From Lingula anatina (lineage: Eukaryota; Animalia; Brachiopoda): DNA of 64,000 nt. The stretch covers positions 31,000,001-31,064,000 of the forward strand of contig CM120642.1 in the NCBI GenBank assembly GCA_051362555.1. Direction: 5' to 3'. Each line of letters opens with the position of its first letter. Within the stretch, counting starts at the first letter, position 1. Positions 1 to 13,100 of the stretch are shown one piece after another. A model generated the notes under the pieces. The model was not told where the DNA came from and searched no databases. It saw only the letters and a program-made list of their open reading frames with translations. Position numbers and translations under genes: made by a program.

Positions 1-199
1 TTAATCAGACTCTGTATGGTGCTGCTATCTGCTGGTGCTATCGGCAACGAATTAGTTTGCCTTTGTTTCTGAGTGAATCTACCGTCTAAAATCACTATTT
101 CTGAAAATATGTGCGTTTTGCTGAGGGTAGGCTAGGCATATACGGCAAACTTCTTAGTACGTGTGTACAACAGAATTTTTTTAAAAACCCTAGCGATGT

Positions 200-2713
200 T
201 TGGTCAGGAGGTGCTTGAAGCATAGCACAGCGTTGCTGTCTATCGGCATCAGGCCGTTAGTTTGTCAATTATCACGAATTACCCACGAATCGAGAACCCA
301 TTCATTTTCCTATGGCAATGGAGTTTGTTTTCTTGTGAATGACAGATGGTGCATGGATGTTAAAATTGAGACCCATTTATGCTCGCCGGACCTTGAGTAT
401 ATTACCATCAAATGCAGGCCATTCTACTTGCCTCGGGAGTTTCCATGCATTTTCATCACGGGCGTTTATATTCACCCCAAGGCGGATAATAATCATGCTA
501 TTAGGACTTTGTCATCAGTCATTTCGTCAAAGGAAAACTCCCATCCAGACTCAGTTTCCATTATCCTAGGTGATTTTAATAAGGCTAACCTGAAATCAGC
601 TCTACCAAATTACCGCCAATACATTACATTCCCCACAAGGGGCAATAACGTACTGGACCATTGTTATTGTGCGACGAAGAATGCCTACAAAGCAATCAAG
701 CGATCGAGCCTTGGAAATTCGGACCATTGCACTGTATTACTGATACCTGTCTACAAAACTGCGTTGAAAAGTGCGAAACCATTATCCCGAAACGTGAAAT
801 CTTTCTCAAAGTCTGCGATAGACAGCTTGCATGATTGCTTTGAATCCACTGATTGGGCAGCCCTTAAATCGGACAACAGCATCCATGACTTCACTTTAGT
901 GGTAACTGAGTACATCAAGTTTTGTGAAGAGATCTGCATTCCTTCTAGGACTATTAAGCAATACCCGAACACTAAACTGTGTGTTGACAAGAACATAAAG
1001 AATCTTATAAAAGCTAAAGACCAAGCGTACCGTGAGAAAGAAACAAATGTTGCAGCATATCGTAAAACAAAATTGGACCTAAAAATTGCCATCAAAAAAG
1101 CAAAGAAAAAGATGAATTCGAAAATCGAACAGAAATTCCAGTCCAATAGTGCAAAGGATCTCTGGGACAATATCGCTCTGGTCACACAGTATAAAGGGTC
1201 CAGACGTGCCGTTGATACAGAGGACTCCACACTCCCTAACAAGTTGAATGAGTTTTATTCTCGTTTTGATAGGACCAACCACACTCAGGTCCACACACCA
1301 ACCCTAGGGGAGCGCGTGCCGCCATTTACTATTCAATCATGGCAAGTCAAGTGTTATTTCTCGGCTTTAAACACCAGGAAAGCTCCAGGCCCTGACGGTA
1401 TAACATCACGACTTTTAAAGGAATGCGCAGCCCAGCTTTCAGATGTGTTCGCGGAAATATTCAACTGGTCAATTGAAATGTGCAGAGTGCCTGAAATATG
1501 GAAGACAGCAACCATCATACCTGTGCCAAAAAGTAAAACTGTAGAGAATTTAAATGATCTCCGTCCTGTTGCTTTGACACCGGTGCCTATGAAGATATTC
1601 GAAAAACTTGTTCTGTCTTTTATTAAAACTTTAGTGCCAAATAGCTTTGATCCACTCCAATTTGCCTACCGCAGTAACAGAAGTGTAGACGATGCTCTTT
1701 CTATGTGTTTACACAAAGTTCTCGAACATCTCGATTGTAAAAATGCCTATGTTAGAATTTTATTTGTTGACTATAGCTCAGCATTTAATACTATTGTACC
1801 AAGCAAATTGTATTTTAAACTTTTGGATGATCTTAACTTTCCACCAGCACTCTGCGATTGGATTTTAGATTTTCTTTTAAACAGAAAACAGTCAGTAAAA
1901 GTCGGTTTTAACTTCTCGGACACTATAGTTTTAAACACTGGCACACCCCAGGGCTGCGTCTTATCACCTTGTTTATATACGTTATTCACCCACGACTGTG
2001 TGGCGAGGGAGGAAAATACATTTTTAATGAAGTTTGCCGATGACACAACTTTAGTCGGCTTGATACACCATAATGATGAGATGTCATACAGGCAGTCGGT
2101 TACAAGTTTAGTAAATTGGTGCACAGACAATGACTTGATATTAAATGTGAGCAAAACAAAAGAAATGATCATAGACTTCAGAAGAAATCAGATAAGTAAA
2201 AATCCCTTGGAAGTTAACGGTAAAGCGGTCGAACAGGTTTCTAATTATAAATTACTAGGGGTTCAGCTGAATAATAGGTTAACCTGGGGCGATAACATCA
2301 CGAAGCTATTGAAAAAGGCACGTCAACGAATGTATTTCTTAAGGAAATTGAAAGCTTTTACCAGAAATGTGTTTATTTTAACGAACTTTTACAGGTGTGT
2401 TTTAGAGAGTATTTTAACTTATTCAGTAACTGTTTGGTATGGACGTGCAACTGTGGAGGAGAGGAACAAGTTGGAAAAGATCGTCGAAACTGCAGGGATT
2501 GTAATTGGAACAGATCTAACTCCCGTCCATACTATATATCTAGACAGGACTAAAAAGAAAACATTATCAATAATGACTGACAGTTCCCATCCAGCCCATA
2601 CCCTTTTTAAATTTTTACCTAGCAATTCGAGACTCTTAGCTTTTAAGGGTAGTAAGCGATTTTTAAATAGCTTTTATCCTTCGGCAGTAACTATTTTTAA
2701 CTCTAACATGTAA
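200..2713 (+). CDS. LINE ORF2: partial APE endonuclease + reverse transcriptase + Rex1-type C-terminal region
   Basis: APE motifs GDFN, LDHCY and SDH. RT motifs KAPGPDG, RPVALT, DYSSAFNT, GTPQGCVLSP and KFADD. C-terminal HPAHTLF..LPS...RFLNSFYP is typical of Rex1. The frame is uninterrupted, but the first ~38 codons (TTG start) are flanking DNA. Confidence 0.85.
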   Translation: MVRRCLKHSTALLSIGIRPLVCQLSRITHESRTHSFSYGNGVCFLVNDRWCMDVKIETHLCSPDLEYITIKCRPFYLPREFPCIFITGVYIHPKADNNHAIRTLSSVISSKENSHPDSVSIILGDFNKANLKSALPNYRQYITFPTRGNNVLDHCYCATKNAYKAIKRSSLGNSDHCTVLLIPVYKTALKSAKPLSRNVKSFSKSAIDSLHDCFESTDWAALKSDNSIHDFTLVVTEYIKFCEEICIPSRTIKQYPNTKLCVDKNIKNLIKAKDQAYREKETNVAAYRKTKLDLKIAIKKAKKKMNSKIEQKFQSNSAKDLWDNIALVTQYKGSRRAVDTEDSTLPNKLNEFYSRFDRTNHTQVHTPTLGERVPPFTIQSWQVKCYFSALNTRKAPGPDGITSRLLKECAAQLSDVFAEIFNWSIEMCRVPEIWKTATIIPVPKSKTVENLNDLRPVALTPVPMKIFEKLVLSFIKTLVPNSFDPLQFAYRSNRSVDDALSMCLHKVLEHLDCKNAYVRILFVDYSSAFNTIVPSKLYFKLLDDLNFPPALCDWILDFLLNRKQSVKVGFNFSDTIVLNTGTPQGCVLSPCLYTLFTHDCVAREENTFLMKFADDTTLVGLIHHNDEMSYRQSVTSLVNWCTDNDLILNVSKTKEMIIDFRRNQISKNPLEVNGKAVEQVSNYKLLGVQLNNRLTWGDNITKLLKKARQRMYFLRKLKAFTRNVFILTNFYRCVLESILTYSVTVWYGRATVEERNKLEKIVETAGIVIGTDLTPVHTIYLDRTKKKTLSIMTDSSHPAHTLFKFLPSNSRLLAFKGSKRFLNSFYPSAVTIFNSNM

Positions 2714-2816
2714 TTTTAATTTTCATTTTTTATATTTCAATGGCGCTACTACAGGGCAAAAGATTCCCGATTTTATACATTTGTATTTTATTGGCTTAAT
2801 AAATTATTATTATTAT
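313..2816 (+). mobile_element. Non-LTR retrotransposon, Rex1/Babar-type (CR1/L2 group), 5'-truncated
   Basis: LINE homology starts near GNGVCFLVNDRWC, inside the APE endonuclease. It ends with a short 3' UTR, AATAAA and a (TTA)n tail at ~2799-2816. No clear target-site duplication. Confidence 0.9.
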
Positions 2817-3783
2817 CTAGCAACTCATTAAAAGTGCACGCATGCGCAGTGGGCTAAGCGTGACGTCATGCAGTGCATTTCTGGGGATGAAAAGGACTGT
2901 TATTCCGAAGAGAATTCAATTATCGTTTACCCCAGAAAAATCCATTTAATGGCACTTTTCCTGCAAAAATGAAGTGTTGTTATACCTTTTATCAAATAAG
3001 GAGTACATGTACATATACAGTGGACATTACCTATAGAACCCCAACCAAAAAAGGCACATAGGTACTGAAAGAAAAAGTAATCCGTCTCTCGTGACTAAAA
3101 ATAACAAAGGTGACGGTGACATCTCATTTTAATTTACAGGATCTCCCACGAAGTTTTGGTGTCAAATTATAAGTGTCCTGTGCATACAGGAAAATTGGGT
3201 GAAGCAGAGGCCTAAAATATCTGATATTAGTTTTGATTGTGATCATCTTGAATTAGATATTCTTTCACCTTGTTACAGGTTGAAATTCAAGTCTACTAAA
3301 ATCTTGGAAATAAATTACCAGGTGTTCAATGGCTGTGCAACATTGTGAAAAGCTTTGCTGCTGACAAAGTTGAACATGCATGTAGTAGTATTAAGGAAGA
3401 TGACAAATTCAAACCTATTTAAAATATACGGGTCCTTGAGGATGCACCATTGAAAGACAAAGCAGGACTAAGGGTGTTTTTTGGTCAGAATTCTAGTGTT
3501 TTTGGTTCACAGAGAAAAAGGCACTATTTGGTGAAATATTCAAAGTATTTGTTTAAAATTATGTCGGTAGCTATCGAACTTGCAGGAGAGGCGAGAGGCG
3601 AGGAGGGCCTATGGTTTTTGATCCCCTTCCCCTTTGCGATTCGTTGACTCCCTTTTACCTCGAAAGATCACAAAAGGACTGGTAGAGGTTTTCTTTTAAA
3701 CCAAGCGTTTTTCTTTATTAACTTTAATAATTTCATATTTAATTTTAATACTACGTAACACCTAGGAGATTGATTATCGTGTA

Positions 3784-5158
3784 CACACACTGGACAAAAG
3801 AAGTGTCACCCCCCTACCTCAGAGTAATAAAAGTAGGCAGATCTTGGGTACTTATAATCCCTGGTCTACTTATAATGTGACTAATGAGTATAAAACCGCT
3901 ATACCATGGAATTGTATTGTTGGTCTTGTACATGTACAGCAAATGTTATTCCTGTCTTCCTCCAATATGGCAAGATACAGGCAATTATCTAACGGTTAAA
4001 GGTGCAAGTTATTAACCTGAAGAGGCGGAATATAAGCAATGTCAGAATATCGATACAATTGAATTGTTCAGTCAGAACCGTGCAGAGGGTCTGGTCTCGG
4101 TATAGAAACACTAGATCAAGAGACAAATTGCCCTGATGGGTCGTCCAAGAAAAAAATACTGGCCGTGAAGACCGACGACTGATTTTGATGTTCAGGTTGT
4201 CAAAGTTCGACACTGCTTGTCAGTTGACAACACAGTGGAACAATTTCACACATAAGAATGTGTCTGTGAAAATTGCTAGGCGTCGGTTACATGCTCTGAG
4301 AGTGTACAGCAGGGTAGCAAGACTGAAACCTCTTATATCGTTACAAAACAGGCAACGTAGAGTAAACTAGGGTCAACAGGATCTGGAACTGGACAGTTCA
4401 TGACAATTGGTCCTATATATTTTTTTCTGATGAGTGTCGCTTTGGTCTGACCTCTGATGACAGACGGGTACTATGCTGGCAAAATGCTGCTAAAGCATTT
4501 GAACCACATGCACTGAATTTTCGAACCCGGAGCAGCATATTCATCATGGTGTGGGACTGCATCAGCATCCATGGCTTGGGCGAATTGATAGTGGTTAATG
4601 GAAACACGAATCACTAGAAATATATAGATGTTTTGGAGTCAGGCTTGCTCCCATCTATTACTAACATGTTTGGTGACAGGAATTATCCATTTGTTCACCA
4701 GGATGACAATGCTCCTTGTCACAGGCCCAGGGCAGTTGATGATTGGTTTGACCAACAGGACATTCGCAGGGTGATGTGGCCTGCCCAGAGTCCGGATGCA
4801 AACATAATAGAAAATGTGTTGAATGATATGTCAAAACTTTTCACAAATGCCCGTCTAACCAGCAGAGAAACTCTGTTATATTCAGTGTTTCATGCTTGGG
4901 CCAGCATAAGCCCTGAACGCATCAGACAATTATATGAAACCTTGCTTCGTAGACTGGCACCTATTATTACGTCACGTGGCTATGCCACTAAGTACTAACT
5001 TTGGACTTGAAACTACATATTTTGGTAGAATGTATATTTTGTTTTCATTTTGTGATTTTTTGTGAAATTTGATGTTAGCATATCATTCCACAGTCATTTG
5101 TCTCCCCCATAGTATTGGCTCAGTAGGGGTGACACTTAATTCTTTTGTCCAGTGTGCG
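3784..5158 (+). mobile_element. Tc1 (DD34E) DNA transposon with decayed transposase
   Basis: TIRs CACACACTGGACAAAAGAA..GTGTCACCCC / GGGGTGACAC..TTCTTTTGTCCAGTGTGCG, with TA on both flanks. Transposase remnants FSDECRF and QDDNAPCH-x-WPAQSPDANIIE (D-34-E); stops and frameshifts from ATG 3967 to 4998. Confidence 0.92.
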
Positions 5159-5754
5159 TACATTGGGGACGTAATTAGTACTTTGTTTGCACATTGGAGT
5201 ATCCCAAAACCAATTATATTTTTATTTGCGGCTCCACAAGTGTCAGGGATACATTTTTTAATCACATGCTGTAAGAGGGAGTTTCGACCCGTTGAATTGT
5301 TGGGTTTTACATGATGACTATTGAGTGGGTTAGGCAATGCCATAACCAATCAGTCACATGGGCAAAATTACCTGGGAAGAAAACCACAAGAGAAGAATGA
5401 ATGTTAACAAGTTTTCCTCGTAGAAAACGTTTTGTGACATTAAGGAACTTGATTGCCACATTCAATCAGAATAGGGGAAAACCGCGTTTCTTAGATATTA
5501 ACCGTCTACGTCTTAAGACGTCTACACTATTGGCGTTATTTTGGCGTTATTTTGGGTTGTTGTTATGAGACCAGACATCACCGCCAGTGACCGTGGGGTA
5601 TTTTGTTATTTAGTAACGAAAGTTTTAAAAATAACGACCCTTTTGAATAATAATTGCAAGTTATAAATACTAACAAAATTAGAGTGCACCAAAAGGGTAT
5701 TACGAGATGCACGTTTTTTTACTGACACAATATGTCCTCAACAATAACTATATG

Positions 5755-5900
5755 CATGGGCGTCCGCAGGGGGTCAGTGGGGTCGCTTAACCCCCCTGGA
5801 ATTTTGGCGGGCACGTTAATTGCGGGTACCCAGCCAATCATTATCTCCCCCTTCAATGATTTTGACTCCCCCCCCCGGCATATTTCTGCAGACGCCCATG
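5755..5900. mobile_element. hAT-type MITE (146 bp)
   Basis: TIRs CATGGGCGTCCGCAG / CTGCAGACGCCCATG. Perfect 8-bp target-site duplication ACTATATG at 5747-5754 and 5901-5908. Confidence 0.9.
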
Positions 5901-6009
5901 ACTATATGTTTTCATTATGCCTAGTGTCTTCTTTCTACACTGAAGAAATTAAAGGATTGAATGAAGAATTTCTTCAGTAAAGAAGTTGAAATAATTTCAA
6001 TTGAAGAAT

Positions 6010-6330
6010 GAAGATATCAGGAGGTTGGAAAGTGCAGAGATGTGGTTTTGGAGGAGAACAGAAAGGATAAGTTGGACATAAAGAGTGACAAATGAGGAAG
6101 TATTGCTTAGGATAAACAAAAGGACGGCTTTGATAGAAATTATCTATAATCGGCAGAAGAAATGGATTGGTCACGTTATGAGACATCATGGACTGCTTGG
6201 GGATATCACTGAAGGCAAGTTAAATGGGAAAACAAGGCAAAGGATGAAAGAGAATGAAAATGTTCGACCACTGGCGTTAGAAAAAAGAAAAAGGCAGGAC
6301 AAAAAATTTTGGTGAGGTGAAATGACGGGC
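6010..6330 (+). mobile_element. 3' fragment of an RTE-clade LINE
   Basis: ISWT..VTNEEVL.RI...I..RQKKWIGHVMRH.GLL..I.EGK..GK matches the RTE ORF2 C-terminus. Confidence 0.75.
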
Positions 6331-6509
6331 TGGAGATCGAGATAGATGAGGTGGGAGACGCTAAACCAGCCTCTCGACAGACAACCAAGAGGAAGAAGGA
6401 GAATGCATGGTAACACATGTATATAAATGCAGCTCATTGTGCCAAGATAAGATTTAAAAGATAGACGTAGTAAACGAGTTTATCTAAATTTTATAAACGT
6501 ACCCCTGAT

Positions 6510-8170
6510 TAAGACAATATTAAATTTCTTTAAGTCTTACAAATTTCAAAAACCTATTTAAAACGCTACAGCGCTGTTGCAGAGCAATGAATTTAAGATA
6601 TTGAAAACAATGAAGATTCTAGTGTTACCCTTGGTGATGGAGGTATTATTTTGGGTATCATTCATTTAAAGCAAACCTAATTCTACCAAGTATACAACCA
6701 CTGTAAAAGGTCAGCTTATTAAAAAAGCACTTATACAAGAATTGTTTTAAAAGATCTACATACTGTTCTGATAATGTAAACAACATACACATACTACCTA
6801 AAACATACTGTAATTTTCTAAATGTATAATATGCACAGACCTATAAAGATTTCTGATCAATCGGTCAAGCAATCAGAGGATGTCCAGCTAGTAAAAAAAG
6901 TTACAGCCACTTTCTGTTTTGAGCAAAGGAATGTTTGGTTCATCGTTTTAAACGTGTAAACTCCACGGTTAACGCGTAGGCGCTAATCCCATGGCAACTG
7001 GGGTAACACGTTATGCCTATGCTTTGTCGCCACTTTCTTATAAACTTGCAACATAACAAATACTTCAATTCCAGTTGTTATTAATAAACAAGTGACTTTA
7101 TTAATAACAATGATTTTTCTTGTTCAAAAACCTTTTCAACGACACTTTACATTATTCACTACCAGTTACTCACACCTTAAATGTTAGGTAACAAAATATA
7201 CCGAGAGGACAAAGATTATATCACTTGTGTAGGGAACAAAGTTTGAGGGACGAGTTTTAGTATTTATTTAATTGTAAAGATAAAACCATAAAGAAGTACC
7301 TGGATGTTATAACCAACTCTTTGCAAATCCCAAAAGAAAACTTTACTTTAAAATTAAGAAAACTTTATCAGTGTAAATTTAGCTAGAATACACTCTCCGA
7401 TATAAACACATGTTTTACTTTTTTATTACTTTTTACGACTTTTCAAAATTTTCTGCTACCAATATACGCAGCCCAAAAGAAAATTAAGGAATACCCGCCA
7501 TTAAAGATGCAAATATTTGAACAGGGCATACTGTTTTTTAAATTAAGCAGTTGCAAGACAAAGTCTTATTCTGTATTGGACGTCATTTCCTTTTTAGCTG
7601 TATCGCAATAAAGATAATTTTTAATGTTGAAAATAATGATCATGATTTTGGGGGTTGAAAAATTGGGTATAATTGTTTAGCCTCCCAAATGACCGGGTGA
7701 AGTTTTGGATTATGATGAACATGTAGTATTCTTGCAAACACACATGTGAAAAGCCATCTTGACATTCGCACTGCATGAACTTTGACTGACACAATCTTAA
7801 GCCATGTCCAAACGTCATGTTGTGTAAATAGTAGTAAGAGGGAGGCTTTGGTTTGCAAGGCACTGCCATAAGACTACATGTAATTCCTTCAGTAACTCAC
7901 AGGCTGAGTCAATGGTTAACTGTAGCAGGGAATAAGCCCACAGACCCAAGTCAGTTGGACTTGTGTCACAATTCTAGTTCGAGGCAATTTTCTTTTTTGT
8001 CTGACATATACTGTAAAATCTTTCTTTCACTTCTATAACAAATTACAAATATCCCCCATAAGGGCCAGAAACACTACCATTAATGACCAAACTGCCAGGA
8101 CCGTTTAAGGGAGCAAAACTTCGGTTACAGACTTCAGACAGTGCCACCAGTAGGACTGCATGGCAAGGTA
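6510..8170 (+). repeat. Copy 1 of a local duplication (copy 2 at ~17380-20800)
   Basis: Colinear similarity, e.g. TAATGTAAACAACATACACATACTACCTAAAACATAC at ~6772 and ~17652, and AAACAAGTGACTTTATTAATAAC at ~7086 and ~17955, continuing into the old Tc1. Confidence 0.8.
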
Positions 8171-8600
8171 CTAAAGTGCTTGGATGACATTGACAACCAT
8201 TCACAGACGCTAGACACGTCAAGAATGGCCACAAGTTGCCTTTGCTGAGTTCAGATTTACAACCCAGAATAGCAATGGCAGAACTCGCGTATACAGGCGA
8301 GTCCAGTTAGACTCGACCAGCGAACTTACAACTGGGGTATTGGCAGTGTAATGGTATAGGGTGGGTTTTCTATACACCAACGCACACCCCTTTACGTTAT
8401 TAATGGTTATCTCACTGGATTCGTCTACAGGGCTGAGATACTGATACAGCTGGCACTACCATTCTTCCAAAGTATGTAGGTTAGTGAACCTTTCTACAAG
8501 TTAACAACGCACGTCATCACCGTGCAAGAGTTGCCATAGACTTCCTTCAGCAGAAGAACGTCCTCTATTTGCTCGATATGCACCCTTATGGGACCACGAT
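7464..8600 (+). mobile_element. Old, decayed Tc1 element
   Basis: Pieces across frames: TAIRLHVIPSVTHRL (HTH), TINDQTAR..RLRE, R*TRQEWPQVAFAEFRF..NGRTRVYRR, GSVMV*GGFSIHQRTPLYVINGYLTGFVYRAEIL, QVNNARHHRAR. Boundaries approximate. Confidence 0.75.
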
Positions 8601-10180
8601 TTCATCAAAATAACCCTCCCCCATATTCAATTCAATGCATATTCAAGAAGGGCATTATTCTATGGAGAGGCGACGAGAAGCAAGTGTGTTTTCCAGAGAC
8701 CCTTAGAGATTTGACTTCAATTTTGTGACAGCACTTCTTTTTTATGCTCATTCCCATAATGATGCTTGATAGCTAAGTCCAAGTACAATACACAGTTTTA
8801 TAAAGCAATGGTTGACACTTGTTACTTTCACGTTTTAAGTTATTGAACATTATGATTATTTTTTTAATATTTGCCTTTCTAAGTGTTCCCTACATTTTAA
8901 CAATGTTTAGCTTTTAAACAGACATAAAACTACAATTAGCAGCTAAACGCTTTTAGAAATGTGTATGCATCGTACGTTTAGCTTTTAGAGCTTCTCACGA
9001 AAGAAAATGCTTCACATCTTCAGCAGTGTTACACGTTTAGATATATGTCAAGCTTTACATAAGGTAATCACATGCAATAATTACAAAAAGTATATATAGA
9101 TAAGAGAGACGATAATGAGGCTAGCAACACATGCACTGGTAAATACCATGCACCAAAATACAAATTGGAACCACAGTCCCATGGCCAGATAGCTTGTCTA
9201 AAAGACAATACAGTTAAAGTTGATTTGGAAAATTCAACTTTTAAGTTGTGAGACCATCCAGCTTTCAGTATTATGATCCAAACGGGATTTACTTAAAAAG
9301 GGTACAGAAATATCTTAAATATTTTATAAAGGGGCGTTTCATGCAGCTTTAGATATAAAAAAGAGCAAGTAGGAACATGTAAAAATAAATTATTCGAGCA
9401 AAAAGAGAGTTAATTATACTGTACATAGTCAAGATGTCATGAACGTTGCTTTCACCTTCTGTTTGTAAAGACAAAGGGGTCCATACCAATAATTAAATCA
9501 ACATGTGGCGTGACAACATGACTTTGGTACTGAATTTGGACTTCAAAGCATAGATGCAACCCAGGATTCTTTTTTTCTTCTCTTTTGACTGTCTGTATTT
9601 TAATTGAGGTGTAAAATCATCTTTGTAATTTAATGTGATATCAATTAAGCATAAGGCCACTATATCTATAGTATACATGTGTAGCTGCTTTTACACGTTT
9701 GTACAGAGGTACTCTGTAGCAAAGATTGGGGGCTTAGGAACACGGTCAATAATGTTAGAAGGGAATAAAGAATAAAATCGCTATTATTAAAAGTACTGCG
9801 GAGAAATAAACTTTAAGTACTATGAACTAAAAAGGTTTCAATTTAATTAATCATTTGAATGTCTTTTCAAAGGGGCGTTTCATGCAGCTTTTAATCTAAA
9901 GAAATATCAAGCAGGTGCTCGCTGAAGCCAATTTTCATCACGTTACACAACAACAGCGTGTAAGGTGAGATCTGTTTACACTGTACATATTTAAACAAGG
10001 GAAAACAAAAACTACTCGTGCAATACTATGTGTTACTACTAAAGCATAACTGCTTTCACAGGTTTGTAGCAAAGATGGGAACACGATCAATGCTGTAGCG
10101 AATATTAACTCTATCTTTAAAAGCAAGTTCTTTAAACCAATTTTTTAAACTTTAAAAGAATACAGCAACGTTTAATATAA

Positions 10181-13100
10181 AACAAGGCAGCAAAGCTGTC
10201 AAATGTACAGACAAAAAACAGGAAATAACTATGCACAAAATAGGCTACTGTCAATTCTGATGCAAAAGTACATTATGTTAAACTGCAAATTCAACATTAA
10301 ATTTTAATTATGCTCAACAGGTAATACCAATGTAAGTAAAATGTGTAACAAGCATAAGGCTTCAGGCCCATGGGAGTTCAAGTTCACACTTTGAAAATGT
10401 ATAACTTCCAGAAAAAGAAGCCAATTAGACTACTTTTCCAACTCAGACTGCATTTTAGCCCTGTATTTCTTTTTTGAAAGTTTGGCAATCATAAATAACA
10501 TGGTTTTCCCATAATGGTCATCATGGCAGCAGCACCCAAAATTGTGTTTTCTTCTATTCTGATGCAATATTACATAATGGTTAACAGCATAAAGACCGTC
10601 AACTTTTGAAAATAAAATAAACGTATCATGGATTTTCAGAAAATGTGACTAGCACAGGTCTTCAAGCATATCTTGTGAAAAATTATATTTTCACAAAAAA
10701 ACTGTTTAACTGGCAGTAAGAATTACCAAACAGACTGCATTGCCTACTGAAGCTGTATTTTAGTCGCATGTTTCTTTCCTGCAAGTTTGAGAACAGTAAG
10801 TGACCTGGTTTTTCTTAAATGGTCATCATGGGAGCAGTGCCCAAAATAGTTTTTTTGATGCAATATTACATAACGTTTAACAGTATAATGACCATCAATT
10901 TTTAATAATAAAATATTAGTATCATGGATATTCAGAAAATGTGATATGGGAAGGTCTTCAGGCCCATGGAACTTCAAAGTCACAACTGCCAAAATGTAAA
11001 CAAGACAGCACTGTTCTGAAATGTTTTTTTTTAAACATAAAACAAAATTAACAGTTTACTGCCATTTTTATATGATCAACTAAGAAAAATATCAATAGAG
11101 CAGTGTTAAATAGCCAATTTCTTCCATTCTGAGATTCTGAACATAGTGAATGATTGAATCTGACAAACTGCTATGACATGAGTTTATTTCCACTTTTGAA
11201 ACTTAATTACACAATACACGATAATAAGTTTACCATTATTTTTACAAAATCAACTAACAATGTTGTAAAGATGCAGGAAATGTCAAACAAACACTTTTAC
11301 GTATCTAATTAGTTAAATAATGAGACTGTTAACATGCATAAGAATTGAATGTGAGGAAATGTGAAAAAACAGCATAACTTCTAAAATAATGGCCCGATTA
11401 TGCTGATTTTCGAACTCAACCTGTGTTTTAGCAGCATTGACCACTCCTGTGAGTTTAATGACAATTGGCCTATCTGTTTTCCTTATATTGTGTTAATAGT
11501 GTTGCATGTATGCTGAAAAGTGGGGAAAAAAGCATAACTACTAAAATAGTGGCCCGATCATGCCGCTTTTCGAACTTGACCTCAATTTAGTGAGATCCAT
11601 TACCCCAGCGAGTTTCATGACAACAGGCCTATCGTTTTTTTCTTGAAATGTGTTTACAGTGTTGCATATATGCTGAAAAGTGAAAACATCTTAAAAATGC
11701 CAGTTTGAAAAATTAAAAATTAAAGAAAAAATTACAAAAATATTCCACTAAAGCTGCCATTCAGTCTAGGTGCATAACCATAATATGAATCATCCAACTT
11801 GAGTTTAAACAGTGTAAACAACTCGCAGAAATATAATATATTTTGTTTTACTACAAAAAGGGCAGTCATAGCTATTATTCTGATATCTGAACTTTTCATC
11901 AGACCATGTGACATCAATAGATGGCTATACTTTGTAATAATATCTTAAGAGATTATAACAAAAAAAAAAAAACAAAAAAAAACACTTTTTAGAAAGAAAA
12001 TTAATTATTTGCCAAAAAGAACAGTCAAGTTACAAATATTGCACAACAGATAGTATCGATAAAAGTTAAATGTTACATGTCCTTGGGAGTTATAAGTCCC
12101 ACAATGAAAATTCCAGTATGTGAAAGATAAAATTTCACAAAATGTACAACAGAATAACATGGTCAATAAGATTACAGTTTCAGGACCATATGTGAGAGTT
12201 CAAATTCACATAATGAAAATCCCAATATGTGAAAAAAGATAACAGTGCATAAAATAATATAATTACACAATGTTTAAAGACATAAAAACCAACACAACTC
12301 CTTATGTGGAAAAACAGAAAATGCACAGTGCTTCTGGTGGATGGGAGTTGAAAGTGATATCTTGAAGATGCTAGTGTTTGAAAAATAATTAAAAGAAAAT
12401 GTAAAATAAAACAAAACAAAAAATTCCAATAAAGCTGCTATTCAAACTTTAAATCTAGCTGTCTAATTACTAACATGACTAACATTTACCTGCACAATAA
12501 TCATTGATTCCTAATTATGTGACACAGTTAAGAGAGATATACCCAGGGGACTTTACAATGAAATCTCATCGTGTGTTTTATGTAATCTCATTTAATGGCC
12601 ACTTGAAAATTAATTAAGCAAATTAGTTTGTGACCCTGAATTAATATACTGCCATATACATTTATTGCACCATAGTTCACTCTATAGAACTGCATTGCTT
12701 CCAAAACAGAAAACAATCACACTGGTTTTCCAACACAAGCTGCACTTCAGTCTTATGAAACTTTTCAGTAAATTTGAGTATCATAAGTAACATGGTTTTC
12801 CCTTAATCGCTATCCTGGCAGCAGTGTCCAAAATACAGGTTTCTTCAACTTTCATGCAATATAACACAATACTTAACAGCATAATGACCATCAATTTTTT
12901 ATAAAAAAAATAAAAGTATCATGGATATTCAGAAAATGTGATATGGGAAGGTCTTCAAGACCATGGAAGTTCAAAGTTCAAAGTTCAAAATGCCAAAATG
13001 TAACGAGATAACTGTACTGAAATGATTTTCTTTCCATTTTCAACACCTTTTTACATAAAACAAAATAATCAATTTACTGTCATTTTTAAATGATCATCTA

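Noticed and set aside
200-312. N-terminal extension of the LINE ORF
   Set aside because: TTG start and no endonuclease similarity; chance open frame in flanking DNA.
2835-2870. NRF1-like (GCATGCGC) and CRE (TGACGTCA) motifs as a promoter
   Set aside because: No adjacent gene start, and such motifs are common inside repeats.
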